Source of the DNA: Lepidodermella squamata
Taxonomy: Eukaryota; Animalia; Gastrotricha
NCBI GenBank assembly: GCA_047495785.1
Contig: JBLDXI010000024.1
Location: forward strand, 4,216,001 to 4,280,000
DNA length: 64,000 nucleotides
Direction: 5' to 3'
Made by a program: the position numbers and the translations under genes. The notes beneath the pieces are model-generated. The model searched no databases. It was not told the DNA's origin and was given only the letters and a program-made list of their open reading frames with translations. Below are positions 49,967 through 63,350 of this stretch, piece by piece (the stretch's first letter is position 1; each line of letters begins with the position of its first letter).

Positions 49967-50320
49967 TGAACTTGGCCGGAATTTTGGTGTTATGCTCTGC
50001 GGTCGAAGCCCAAAGGACCAAGAAGCCGTCCGCAACAGCCTCGAAGATCGCTGCAACTGGTGCTACAACCAGAGCCGCCTTAAATTGTCCAACTCCGCCG
50101 CGCATTTCCTGCGCTCGTTTTTCGAATAAAAACAAACCATGGCCAGTGGATGAAAACGCACTGAAGAGACTGCCGATTAAACGGAGCCTGACTAAGTCTG
50201 GAGCCTCGAAAAGCTGCCCGGTCGGAAGTCGGAAAAGTTACATTTACTAACAAGTATTGGTGTTTCAAGTCTCTTTCCCAGTGTCTTTCAAGCAAGAAGT
50301 GGAGTAAAGCGCCAACCTGG
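49966..50320 (+). pseudogene. Inverted, decayed partial copy of the 5' part of the sushi/C-type lectin gene
   Basis: NCPTPPRISCARFSNKNKPWPVD and CLSSKKWSKAPT match CPFPPRVSCARVSNKPWPVD and CLSNKKWSKAPT on the opposite strand. Confidence 0.8.
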
Positions 50321-50780
50321 TCGGAGGTCTGGAACTTGGGGTCAGAGGTCTTTGAAAATGGCTGTGAAAAAACGTCGAAATTTTGGATTAGAGCTAAAAT
50401 TCAGACCCAAGAATTGGACCTAATTATTAGACCCAGATTATCGCGCAACAAATCGAAATTTCACCGTTACTACACGTTGATTTCTGTGCGCTCCTTTCGC
50501 CCCAAGTTCGGTGTCAAAAGAACCGCTGGGTCATGGCCTACATTTTTCCGCCAGAGATTTCGCCCTACGACGCATCGTTGACCCGAAAAACAGGACTTTT
50601 GCCAGGCTCATGATTTGGATCCGCAGTAAATTTTTGGCGGTTGAAGTGTTAACGATGACAATTATACGACTAGCCAAGTCTGAGAGTGTTTATTTTCAAA
50701 TAAATAAATACGTTTCAGTATTTTAATATTGAATTATTCTCTATGCGTGAGTAACTGAAAGGGCTGGATTCTTCCAAGAC

Positions 50781-52141
50781 CTACAACTGTTGACAGAGGG
50801 CACCATCTATTTTAGTGTCGCAACCAAGATCGTCCCATTCGTAACTGTAGGCCATGCGCATGCAGACTTGTCCACCAGTACAGCCAGCGCCATCTGGTTG
50901 CGGAAAAACTTGCGACCAGTTTGAGTAGCCCAACGGGCTGTTGCTGCTCTGCCAACGGTAAGAGCCATTTATATTCACACCATTCAGCCAGAACCCGTTG
51001 CAGCCCCAGCCCGGATTGATATTGCCAGTGATACCTAAATCGTAGAGATTCCACGAGTTGCGAAAACTATGGGGGAAGTAACTCACTGGCAACCACAGCT
51101 GCAGCTGCTTGTTGCTCGTCTGCATTGTTTATTTCGGCCAACCGTCCACCTTGCTGCTTGCATCTATCCACTGCTTGATACCAATTCATCCGATCCCTAA
51201 TCATCGAATATTTAGGCAGAGCGGCTTTAGTAGTTGTAGGAACTGTTGTAGTAGTTGTTAGCTCTTGCGTAGTTTCAGATGATTTCCTGCAACTCGGCAA
51301 ACCGATCCACCTGTAGTTAACAGTAAATCCAAATTTTTAGAGGTTTATTTCAATTTTTTTTGACCTACCTAGCATTTCGTCCGCATCTCACACTTATTTT
51401 AGCCGTTGTGCCCCTGCAAGTGCAGGTGGTTGTGTCACCCACGTTGAAATTAGAGCCGACGCATTCGCCGCCGTCAATCACTGGGCTTGCGCATGTTTCG
51501 GCGATTTGACGGCGTTTGACGCATACAGGCAAATTGTCCCACTCGCCAGCGCTTTGACAAACAGGGTTGACGCTCCCTGAAGACTTGGAGTATCCCTCGT
51601 CGCAACGGCACAGTGTAGACTCTTTGACGTCAAATTCGTTCGTGTTTTCTCTCAACGCACCCTTGTCACAGTTGCCGTTTTCGATATCTGGCATGTTACA
51701 CCAAACGTCGCATGTTGGCGCTTTACTCCACTTTTTGTTAGATAGGCATTGAATTGTGTCATTCCCGTCGAGCATGCTTACAGTTTCGTCAAACACTTGG
51801 TAGTAGACATAACTTCCGACTGGGAAAATTGTCATGGCTCGTGACAAACTGTCGTCTACCGTAGTTGTCCGCTTAGGTGTAGTCGTCTTGATAGTAGTTA
51901 CATTACGGGTTGCAGACGATGCCGCTCTCGTAGTTCGTGTAACCGGCAGTTTCCTAACCGCGTTTCCAGTGTCCACTGGCCATGGTTTATTCGAGACACG
52001 GGCACAGGAAACGCGCGGTGGAAATGGGCAATTCGAGGCGGCTCTGGTTGTTGTTCGATTGACAGCCTTTGTGGTCAACGTGGCAGAGGCTGCGGCCATC
52101 GAAAACAGATGAAGAAAAATTCCGAATTGCAATGCCCGCAT
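50781..52141 (-). CDS. Secreted protein: signal peptide, 3 sushi/CCP, Thr-rich linker, QPD-type C-type lectin
   Basis: MRALQFGIFLHLFSMAAASA; three C..W..P.C modules; MNWYQAVDRC..GGRLAEI, FWLNG, QPD, WDDLGC; two GT-AG introns splice in frame. Confidence 0.85.
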
Positions 52142-53954
52142 GGCTGAAAATGGTTCAAGATTCAGCAAAAAAGTGTGGAGCTTGAGCGAACCCGTAAAAG
52201 ACCTGGCCTTTTATTGCCGCCATTAGCATCCGGTTATTTCACCTTCTACATTGTTTGCGCGTTTTTTACATTTCTAATTTTTTATTTTGACGAGCTATTT
52301 CGAATTATATTGTCAGGAAGGTTTTTTCCGCGTTATGAAAACGTGCCAGGTTCCAGCAATACACAGGGTTGCTGCAGTTTAGCCAAGGGCTGTCAATGAA
52401 AAAAAATATATATTCAACACTACGCACGTATGTGTTTGTCCTATTACGACGCTTTTTCTAATTATTTTCTATTTTAACGAGCTATTTCGAATTCTTGTGT
52501 CAGTGTTTCCGCCTTAAGATGTTGACGCGATGTTCCCATGCGTATCATCACGTGTTTACTCTAACGGATTTGTGTGGGGTGTGGGCCCATAACGCCCGCT
52601 TCATTCATAACAAGTTTCGCTGCGGTTTATCACAATGATCGGTGATTTTTTTCCGTTTGATATAACAGTCATGTTCCTGAAGTATAATCTGACGCGTTCG
52701 ACGCAACAAAAATCTACGAAGCCCGAATGACGGTTCGAGACGAATTACTCGCAGTTTTATGCTAGGATCCGTCTGTGATACCAACTGCCTGTGAAATAAT
52801 TTTCGCAATCAATTCGAACAATAACAGATCAATCCGAAATCTGATGTCCTATAATGTGTTATATATGCCATAAGGTATTCAACTGAAATCTGAAATATAT
52901 ATACATACTTATCTGTGGAGATAACATTTGAGAGCAGGTCTTTAGCCTTTAGTTTCTCATTGAAGCAGAAACCCAAGAAATCGCACGAAGGCTCATCTCA
53001 AGCTTTACCTGGTAAACTTATCAAATAAACTGTTCAATCGAAACCATTTTTAGGGTGACTTTTTTTGTCTATCAGTTTTTCAAGGCGGTCCAAGGTGTGT
53101 AAATATTTTTTTAATTCGACCATTTTTATGACAAGCAATGAGAAACTTATGAATTCTGTAAAAAACTGTCCTTAAATGTGCTGTTAACACTGGTGATAGC
53201 ACTCTGAATTGCGGTTTTTAAGGCATTGCTTGCGCTACCTATTATGTACTATCATTATGCTATCATACTTCGTCCAGTGCTACGTGATTTTTTATCCTGG
53301 TGAACTGATAAATTGTTGTTCCAGCAAATACCCAGCCATTCCGTTTACCTTTCTTTTCTACCTGCTTGAATTTATCGGTTACAATCGTTACTTGCAGCTT
53401 CATTCCTGTTGTATCACTATTTCCGGATATTTCATATTTCCCACAATGTGAATCTAAAGCAAATGCCACTTACCTTCACTAATATAATCACACCCTTTGA
53501 CGGAAGGCTTGCATGGAGAAGTGGTAGCCTAGATTAGTAGCAACTTTCTAATCCAATAGCTTATTTAAAGTAAGAACGATGCTTAACGCAGCACAGCAAA
53601 CTTTTATAAAGCTCGTCAGATGAGTCATAAGTCAAATGCAAAGAATTAGCGTTCATGCTTTAAGCAAGCCGCAACACTGCATATCTTTCAAGTTTCAGAG
53701 ATGCGTGGGGAAAGGATTTAATTGACCGCTGCCGGCAAATTTCTTCGAACCGTACATTCCACGAACAGATCCGACTGGCAGTCTTCCAGTCTGCTTTTTA
53801 CTTGGGAAAAGCATGCCCAATTGCAAGGCAATTTTCCCACCGTCTGGGAACAGCTTGGGGTCTTTGGTCATCCTTGCAATGATGTTGGCTGCAGGAACCA
53901 GCCGCCTGGCAGGGTTCGTTAGTCTTCGCAGGCGTAATACGCGCAATTTCATGT

Positions 53955-56900
53955 CTAACAAAGCATTAGGCATCGTTCTCGTTTCGCAGTTCGCTCGCAA
54001 CTATCGAATTCGATTCGTGATTCAACAAATCGCGAAAATCGATGGATTGAAAGCTCCACTATAAAGTATAGAAAATGACGAGAAAAGGCTATCAACAACA
54101 ATTGTGCAGTGACTTACATTTCGCTAGATTGCGTTCTCCGACAGGTCTGAAAACCGGAGCGAAAGTTGCCTTCTTTGCGAAAGCTTCATTTGCAGTGAAC
54201 TTTAGCCCCTCTGCTATGTAACCTGACAGTTCGTGGTCCCAGTTAGTATGTTCTTTGACGTTCCCAGCTACGTGGCTATAAGTAACCGATATTATGGTCA
54301 TGAAGACCTGAACAGCCAAAAACATGACAATAGTTGAGTAAGCCATGCAGAACAACATGATATAACGCGAAGTGAAGCGCAGCGACATCAAGGACCCAGT
54401 TACCCCGATGATATTCTGAACCAGAGTCATAATCGACGCGGTGAATGATTGAAATTCGTTGCAAGTCGTATTGAGGCTCAAATAGCCCAATTGGGCAAAC
54501 AGTAGTGTGATGACGACAAAAGTGAACAGGAATGAATATATATCCGCCTTGCCTTTGGAGAGCGTTCCCAAGAAGATACACCAGTACTTGTTAAAGGTTA
54601 GGTGACGGAAAAACAGCAGCATGGTCATAAAGAATGTGATCCCGTACAGATTGGCCATCAAAGCTTCCCAGTTTACCAGAAGATCAAAGTTTACAAATGA
54701 AATCCTGTCGGTCTGAAGTCGGGCTTCATCACAACCAGAATTCGAGCTATGAACAATCCAACGATGGCCAAGGCTATCAATATCTGGCACAGCTCTAACA
54801 AGTTCCATCCGTCTTTTCGGAATTTTGTGAAGCCTTGCTTCTTCATTTTGATGAAAATCTTAACGAGATGCGAGAAAACCAGCAAAATCCAGATGGCTTG
54901 AGTCGCGAAGATAAAGATTGAACTAGCCCCGATGTATTGATAGAGCTGCAGAGGATACATCCTCGCATGATAGGTCATGCCTCCGGCACTCAAGGCTTCA
55001 AAAACTACTTTAACAGCGATAAACAAGTTGACCTGAGCATTGAACAGGACCATGTCGACAAACAAAACCGAAGTTGCGTTGTCAAGCCATCTCCTCGACT
55101 GCAGCCCAGCAACGAATGCTTGAGCTTTTGCAAGATTCACGGGCAGGTCGACATAGTAACCCCCGCTAGTGTAGGTTGCCTGCCAGCCTGAGTAGGGAAT
55201 TCCACTGTCTTCTCGATGAATCCAAGGAGCCTGCTCTGTCGTTACGTTCTCTGGCACCCAAGCGTTAGTATCCACTTTGTAAGTCCAATTGAAATTCGAA
55301 AACTGCCTGCTTTCGGTATCCGCGCCCACTCCAAGTTGGCCAACGTATTGATTCTGACACTTTGTAGTGTTGACCACGAGTAGATCTGCAAACTTTTTGA
55401 CATACTGAGGAATCGGGGAAGTCTCCAACAGGCAAGGCGCTGAAATATTACAACGCTTTCACATGCATTTTCTAATGAAATGAAGCCCACTTACCTGATT
55501 GGACTCTTTGTTGTCGCAAGCGAACAGGGCCGAGTGACGTTCTCTGGCAACCAAGCAGTAGCATCTAGGTTGTAAGTCCAATTAAAGTTCAAAAACTGTC
55601 TGGTCTCGGTGTCCGCTCCTACTCCAAGCTGACCAACGTATTGATTCTGACACTTTGTAGTATTGGCAACGAGTAGATCTGCGAACATTTTGACATGTTG
55701 AGGAATCGGCGAAGTCTCCAACAAACAGGGAGCTGAAGCAATGTTCTCCGATGTGAATCAGTCAGCTCATTTTAATTGTAGCTAACTCACCTGAGCGGAC
55801 TCTTTGTTGCCTTACGCGAACGGGCCCCAGGACAACCACATCATGGTTCAACACTTGATAGATGTTTTTCGAGTTGAATTTCAAGCCCTTGCTCAACTGG
55901 TTGGCAGTGAAAAACTGCGGCAGAAGGTTGTTATTCAGCCACGAGTAAATTTGGCTGTGGTCGTTGATCACGCCCATCTGAGGTACAGTAGGCATTTTAA
56001 CCAATGGCTTCAAGTTCCCGATTTGTTGATAGGCAAGTCTGTTTTGCGTGGCAGATATCACAATAGCAAAAGCCACGACGTAAATGATGTGGTGGAAAAT
56101 CCCTCCGATGATGTTCCGCAAGCGCTTGAAGAGCTCCGATTTCTTATTAGAGCTTTTCTTAGAAAATGTCAGTTTGCCAATGTCGAGACCGTCATCGGGC
56201 AGAGACAACAAAGTTGAACTGCTGACAGACAGCAATGCGACTTTGACTGTTTGGATGAGAATGATGTCCTGGACAACACTCATGACCATTCCACTGAGCC
56301 ACTGCAGCGATTTCTCTTTGCCCCACATCAGGCTGTACATGACAATGAAAAAGGAAGAGGCTCCAACGCAGCCAGCGACCACTAGAAGGGAATGAACTCA
56401 ACATTGTACTGATAATTAGAGATTTACTTACAAATCCAAGCAATGATAGCGCAATAGTATGGAAGCTGGAATGGCTTCTTATCTTTGCTGTCAGCATCTC
56501 GTCGCTGCGGTATCCCAAGGCCACGTTGAAAATAGTTGTGTATTGGCTATTCTCAGCCGATCGACGTCGAATTCGCTTGAAAATAAAGGCCATTATGGCA
56601 GTTGGAGGGATGACGATGACACATCCGATGAAGCTTGTGTAGACTGTAAACCACGACAGGCGGAAGAACCCTCCGATATTGACGCCGACTCGGGGTGATT
56701 TACTCTCTTTCCCGTAGAACATTGCGTTGACGAGCATGGCCATGAAAAGGGCACTAACCACACAAGCTAGCCGTTCGCACCTGGTCCAGTTACTTGGAAG
56801 AGGACGCCTCGTGATGGATAGCCATGGGTGAGAGCTGAACAGGCCAACTCTAGAATGGGCACTGACCAAGTACTTGAAACCTTTGATCTCATCCTCAGTC

Positions 56901-59900
56901 GCGAGTTCTTTGAACATCATCTCTCCACTTTTCATGGGCGACTTGGTCAAGAAAACAAACTTTTGCGCCTTCTCAATGTCGACGATGACAACTTTGTCTA
57001 CGTGCATCTGAAGGGGCTTCATGCCATGCAGCGACCTAAATCGGCTGTGCAGTCGAATTTCAATCGCCTCGATGTGACCAATTGGCAGAGTTGTGGTCAT
57101 CATGAAATTAGCTGGTCTTCTACCTTTGAAATTCGCTTCTCTCTCACAATCTTCTAGAACTCGCCAGTTTGTATCACTGATATCACCGTAAGCTCGGAGT
57201 AGGACCACAGGCTTCAGATGGTAATTTTTAACGCCGAAGTGATCAACGGAAATAAGGTATCTGTGTCTTTCGTAAGGCTTGTTGCTCTTCAAAGGCACAA
57301 ATGCCCACTCTTTGATGTCGAGTTTGTCAAACCGCCAAACTATTATCGCTCCAATAATGAAGAAAAGCGTAGCGGCGACTATAAACGCGAGAACGAAGTT
57401 GTTATCCGATACAAGCGTCGCAAAATTGGCGAAGATATCAGAGAATTCGATGGTGTTGGGTGAGATGACGAGATCAGCCCCGAAATCGCCAAAGTAAGAT
57501 GATTTGAAACTAACTGCAGATTCAGTCGAACTTGGATCAAGTTCGAAATCATCATCAGAGCTCGTTTGTGATGCATCGCGTCTTTTCCTTGACTTTGTGT
57601 TTTGCGCCTTGGCGAATCATACTTTGAGATGATAGCCGTAGCATCGTTGTAGTTCGCAAGCATCTGATGGCAAGTCGTCGATTGTTGAGAAACTGGAAAA
57701 ATCTTTCTTCGTATAAACGTGCATCTTGAATGAGACATTTCCTTTTGAGGAGACCCCTTGAATCCTAACAAATTCCTGCAATGCTGATTGTGGAATCACT
57801 ATTCGCAGTTCGGCATCTATATTGTAGCTTGACATGAGTTCGCCGAGGCTGGCATTTACACTAGTGCTGACACTGGTTTGACTGACATTGACAGACCAGG
57901 TATAGCGTTTTACTGTGGGAGTGCTGTTGTATATGCCGTGTAGTTGTACTTGATGACCGGGAATATGAGCACATAATATCCGGAATCCGGAGAAACAGGG
58001 AATATGGCTAGCGATCCCAATGTATCCGCATTGGTGCTGACATCACATGTTATCTTGCTCACATCGCACTGAAAGTCAGACTTTTGCATGATAAACATAG
58101 CTGCCTTGGAGACAACAGGCTTCCCAGTAATTCTTATCGGATAACCTTTCTTGAGGACAAGCTCTCTCTTCTGATAGAGAACCTTGACAGAAATTGTTGG
58201 CATGTTGAACGGCTGCTTTGGGTCCAGGACGTTAACGATGTAGGCGGTTACTAGCACGGTGACTGTATCAGAATCTCCAATTGACAACCCCGAAGTCTGG
58301 GGATCTATGAATTCAACGGCAGATGTGGCGCTGGGGAAAACCACAGTTGCATGGACTGTATCGAGCCTCAAGTTCGCCAGCCTCTTGGCATCAATGACCA
58401 ATAGAGCCACAGAGAAAAATTTGCCATTGAATGTAAAGTTTTTGCTCGTTTTAAGATTCTCCTCAACCATCTTTAGCATGGTGTCAATGATTTTATTGAA
58501 ATCCCCGTAATGCGTAGACACCTGCAAAAGGTGTCTACGCATTACGGGTGAATTAGGTGGCATACAACTTGAATATAACAAACATGATCATTTGAAAGCG
58601 CAGAATTACTACTCGTCGATGCGGTCGTTTCTGGGTCAGTCCGGCAATTATCGTTTTGACCAGCAAGGTCGAACGGAGGCGAGGTTGATTCATACACTGC
58701 GAACATGGCAGAACTTGCTGCCGAAGCGTATGCCACTGTGATATTGGCAACAACCTCTGGGGCCATCTGACTCGCTAGATCAGCGTACTTCGCCACGGCG
58801 GAAGTCATATCAGCCATGAATGCAGTTGTCGACGGAGCTAAAGCTGGTGCGCTTTCAGCCAAACTTAAGCGGGATGCCGCCTCGATGACTACAGCGGTTA
58901 TGGGACTAACAGCCGCTATCAAAGTCTGGGGCAGCATGTTTGCTATGAATGAAATCGAAATCGCCGGCGGTGGAACATCTTCGTTCATTTTCTCTGAACA
59001 ATCTTTTCCGGTCCAGTATTTAGTGCAGGTGCAAATGTTGGGTTGCGCACATGTTCCTCCATTCTTACAACCACCCAAACTTGAGCATGATGCTATTTTC
59101 GAGAAATTATTTGAGATGCAGAATATAAAGTTCTGAATCTTACGAAAGACACAATTTGAATAGGTCCAGCCCGAACCGCAGTTGCATACATCGACATCAA
59201 TGCAGGTTCCACCGTTGTAGCAGGAACCCAAGTTCGAGCAGTTAGCATTCATCGATATCTGACATGCTATTCCACGCCATTGGCTCGGGCAGGTGCAGTT
59301 ATTAGGCGCCGAGCAATTGCCGCCATTTAAACAGCCTCCAATGGATGAACAATCGGCTAGGAATAGAAAAAAACAGTTATTTCGAATTTCGACTGTGACC
59401 TTCACAGTAATTTTCAAAGACTATTAGCTTATGAAGTTGGATTGTTCAAGCATTGAAACTTGGTGGTATTACCTATCAAATCATGCAACTTCATAATCAA
59501 TTTAAATTAATTGAAGCAATTTAACCTTGATCGCAAATAGAACCTCGCCAGCCACTTTTACACGAGCAAGTGTTCGGCGCAACACACGATCCACCATTGG
59601 TACAGGCTGGCGAACACACAGCCGCAATAGCCGTTGTTACAAGAATGTTACCACTGGAGGCTAAGTTAAAAAGATATTGCGACTTACGCGTGCTGCAGTC
59701 AGACCCAGTCCAACCCGCTGCACAAGTGCAAATGTTCGGAGCTGTGCAAGAACCTCCATTCAAGCAAACAGGAGAGCAGATAGCTGAAAAATCCATGGGG
59801 TTACATTAGCGAAGTAAATATAGCCTTTATTCATACTGGTTGAACAATTGGAGCCAGTCCAGCCCGCTGCACACGTGCAAATGTTAGGACTAGAGCACGT

Positions 59901-62900
59901 GCCGCCATTTAAACAGCCTCCAATTGATGAACAATCGGCTAGGAATGAAAAAACGGTTCGATATCAGCTTGTTCAATATTTCTTTCACTTTAGTTTACAG
60001 TTCAATGATTATTAGCTTTTTCGACTGTTTAAGAAAAAGGATTGAAACAAAAAATGTAAGCAACTGAGTCGTGTCGGCTTTAAAACTACTTTGAACTAAG
60101 CATAGAGATCAGATTAACCAGAGAGGAAACTCAATGCAAAACTTTACACAAAAAGTCAGCAAGTTTTTTAAGATGGATTTCAGATGGATTTCAGCTAATT
60201 AATGATGACCAGAAAACTGCTCATTTTTTATTCGCATTGTGAAAAATGGCATTGAGCTTTATATTCCTAAGGTTATTTTCGGCGACTCATTACGAGTTTG
60301 GCAACGCAAACCCCGTTCGATTAGACGCTACCGAACAGGAGATAGTGATGTGTAAAAATTTGTGTATTTTTCTAATTAGCTGAACACGATGGTGCATGCC
60401 AAATTGTCGTAGGACCTACAGAAGTGATGTTATTATGGGCCGAGTATGCCTACTTTGAGATCTAATAACTCGAGTTATACTCAAAAGCCTTCCGAGAGAC
60501 CTATACCATCTGGTAGAGCACATCCCAAACTTTCATTTCTGAAAAGCTCAGCCAAAACCCTGACCCTTTATGGAGATATGACAGATTACAGTTTTGCACT
60601 CTACACAAAAAACTGAATTTTATAAATTCCAAATATCTCCTCGTTGGAAGCTGATGCTTGCATACGGTTTTTTACCGTGTGCGATTTCTGAATCAAGGAA
60701 TCATCTGGAATTCTTGTCAATGATAAATTCGAGAGGATTCATGGCTAAATTTAGTGTTTTTTTTTAAACCTTGAAGAAAGGAAAAATTATCAAAATTCCT
60801 CCTTAATGGAAAAATGCGAAAATACTTTTTGTAGAGAGTGTTCTGCATGAGTTTCCTCTCTGGTTAATCTGATCTCTATGGAACTATGGAAGCTAAATTT
60901 AATAAATGCAATTATACCTTGGTCGCAAATAGAACCTCGCCAGCCAACGTTACACGAGCAAGTGTTCGGCGCCACACACGACCCACCGTTGCTACAGGCT
61001 GGCGAACACACAGCCAGAATAGCTGTTGTTACGAGAATGTTACCACAGGAGGCTAAGTAAAAATGATATTGCGACTTACGCGTGCTGCAGTCAGACCCAG
61101 TCCAGCCCGCTGCACATGTACAAATGTTAGGAATAGAGCACGTGCCGCCGTTTAAACAGCCACCAATTGATGAACAATCGGCTGTGAGTCAAGAAATGTG
61201 ATGCTAATCAGCATTGTAACAGTTTCAACTCACGCGTTGTACAATTTAACCCCGTCCAACCAAGCTGGCAAACGCAGGAATTGGGAGCCGCACAAGTTCC
61301 TCCGTTCAAACAACCTCCTATAGGGGCACAATCGGCTAAAAACACTTCAGCTATCACATATAATCATGTTCAAGGCTAGCGATTTCACCTTGATCGCAAA
61401 TAGAATCTCCCCAACCGACGTTACACGAGCAAGTGTTCGGCGCAAGTGATTGAAATTTTGGTTAGCTGCGGGATAATTCCTTTGAATAATAGTCCAACCA
61501 CCACCGAGGGCCGACATTTCGCAGTAGGCTTGTACCGCGCTCCCGCCAGGCGGATAAATTGTATAAACTCCATTTGGTGCATGTGGCGAGTTGACAGCAA
61601 TATCAGAACAGTCCACGGGGTTTGGGTAAGACATAGCGACACCTGGAATAATCGTTTTCCGAAATTTCACAATTTTATCGGAGCACAAACCTGGTGTTCC
61701 ATAGAAATCATTTGGCTGCCGCCTCACCATCATCTGAACTTTCATGATTGTTTCAGATGCTGGCCGAAAAGAAGCCCAATTAACTCCCTGATATGGTGTA
61801 GTTGAGTTATAAACTCTATGTGGATAAGACTGACTTTAAGTATGGCGTAATCGGCTGAAATTAACGTACCCATTAAGACTTGATATTTGGCAAGTGTTTC
61901 CATACCACCAACCGCCCGTGTTCATCGCTGCACAATTTACGCCACTGACTTTGTCATTGTCTAGATCTGGTGCGCTGAATTGACTGCCTATTGCTGGGCC
62001 CATCTCGCTGGACCCCAAGTTGCCGATACCGGCTTGAGTGAAGGATAGCGTTTAATTACTTGACGTGCTTATCGTTCTAAAGCCTTTCCAAATTTGGAAA
62101 CCGTTGAGATTGTTCTCCAAATCAGCAATGTATATAGCCATTTGATAATAATTATACGACGGGGATACTATAGTATGAAGGTTGTGCAAACCCAGCCAGA
62201 AACTATTGTTGAATGAGCCGAACCCGGATACGTAATCGGTCCAGGGCCGAGTGAAATCGACAGAAGCCGAAGAGCGCCGCTGAAATACTGTCCAACCGCC
62301 ACCGAGTGCCTTCATATCACAGTATACCTTTCGAGAGGCTGTTCCCAAAGTATTGATGGTGTAAGCTCCGCTGGGAGCCGACGGCTGTCTCATCGCAATG
62401 TCCTCACAATCCACCGGCGGTAGTGTCAATTGATCTGATAAAAATCGATTCGTTTCAAAATCGCGTCCATAAATTAGATTATCAATTAAGTAATATATAC
62501 CACAATGAGGCCAAGGGTTGAGAGTCGGATCTTTACTAGAGTAACCAATCGGACATTGGCAACCAGCTTCTGAGCACACAGTGCAACCAGCATGAGCCAA
62601 GCATCCGTCCACCAGAAACCTAATTCGCATCGCTGTAATAGACGTCGAACTGTTCCTCGGATGAATGCGCAATGAATTTCTGCGTCCTAATAACAGGGCA
62701 CAGAACGGTCGAGTAGAAATAAGTCGTCGAAGAGCCATTTAGCGATGTATTGAATAGCACGGGAGTGCTCCTCGAATCTTGCTGATCAGTCAATACTGGC
62801 AAGAACAGTTCGCCCATGCCGGTCTTCGCGAGAAAAGATAAAGCAAACGAAATTACATAGCCGAAACCTATTTCCCCGGCGGCAGTTCTTATCGTGCGAA

Positions 62901-63350
62901 CAGAGACCTCCCTGCCAAAGTTCAAATCCAAGTATATGTTGATTTCACTTCCCAAAGGTCGCCAAAAAGATCCTGGTGGCAGATTTCCGTTTGCATTTGC
63001 AGCAGTTCCGGATGAAGCAGTTATTGATCCACACCACTCAGCAATCTTAGATATCAGCTCAATATTTTGGCATGCCGTCGCTATTTCATTAACGATGTTC
63101 ATAGATATATAATCCATAGCATTACTTTTTAACTAACATTGATTGCATGTTGGCCCAGTCCAATCATCCACGCATGTGCATGTCTCTGGAGCCGTGCAGC
63201 TGCCACCGTTGAGACAAGGATTTGAACAGGACTCTGCTTACGTAAAATATGAAATGTATGCGGAATTTTCCCGTGATGGAACGAACGTGCGGTAACTTTT
63301 TGCTGCAGGGTGAAGATTGAAATGAGCAGAAAACATACAAAAAGCCGCAT
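53955..63350 (-). pseudogene. Paralogue C: mosaic polycystin-1-like pseudogene
   Basis: Same PKD1L motifs as paralogue B. Lesions: 4-nt insertion near 62673, large internal deletion near 61447, frameshifts near 57930, 56510, 55535 and 54725, and TGA at 57617-57619 where B has Gly. Confidence 0.88.
58504..58548. repeat. Perfect 20-bp inverted repeat with 5-nt loop spanning a putative 3' splice site
   Basis: cccgtaatgcgtagacacct-gcaaa-aggtgtctacgcattacggg. Confidence 0.95.

Noticed and set aside
52255-52520. Degenerate ~70-bp direct repeat upstream of the sushi/lectin gene
   Set aside because: AT-rich, two copies only; no support for a regulatory role.
57617-57619. In-frame TGA as selenocysteine or recoding
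   Set aside because: Aligns to Gly in paralogue B, and the gene has several other lesions; a nonsense mutation is simpler.
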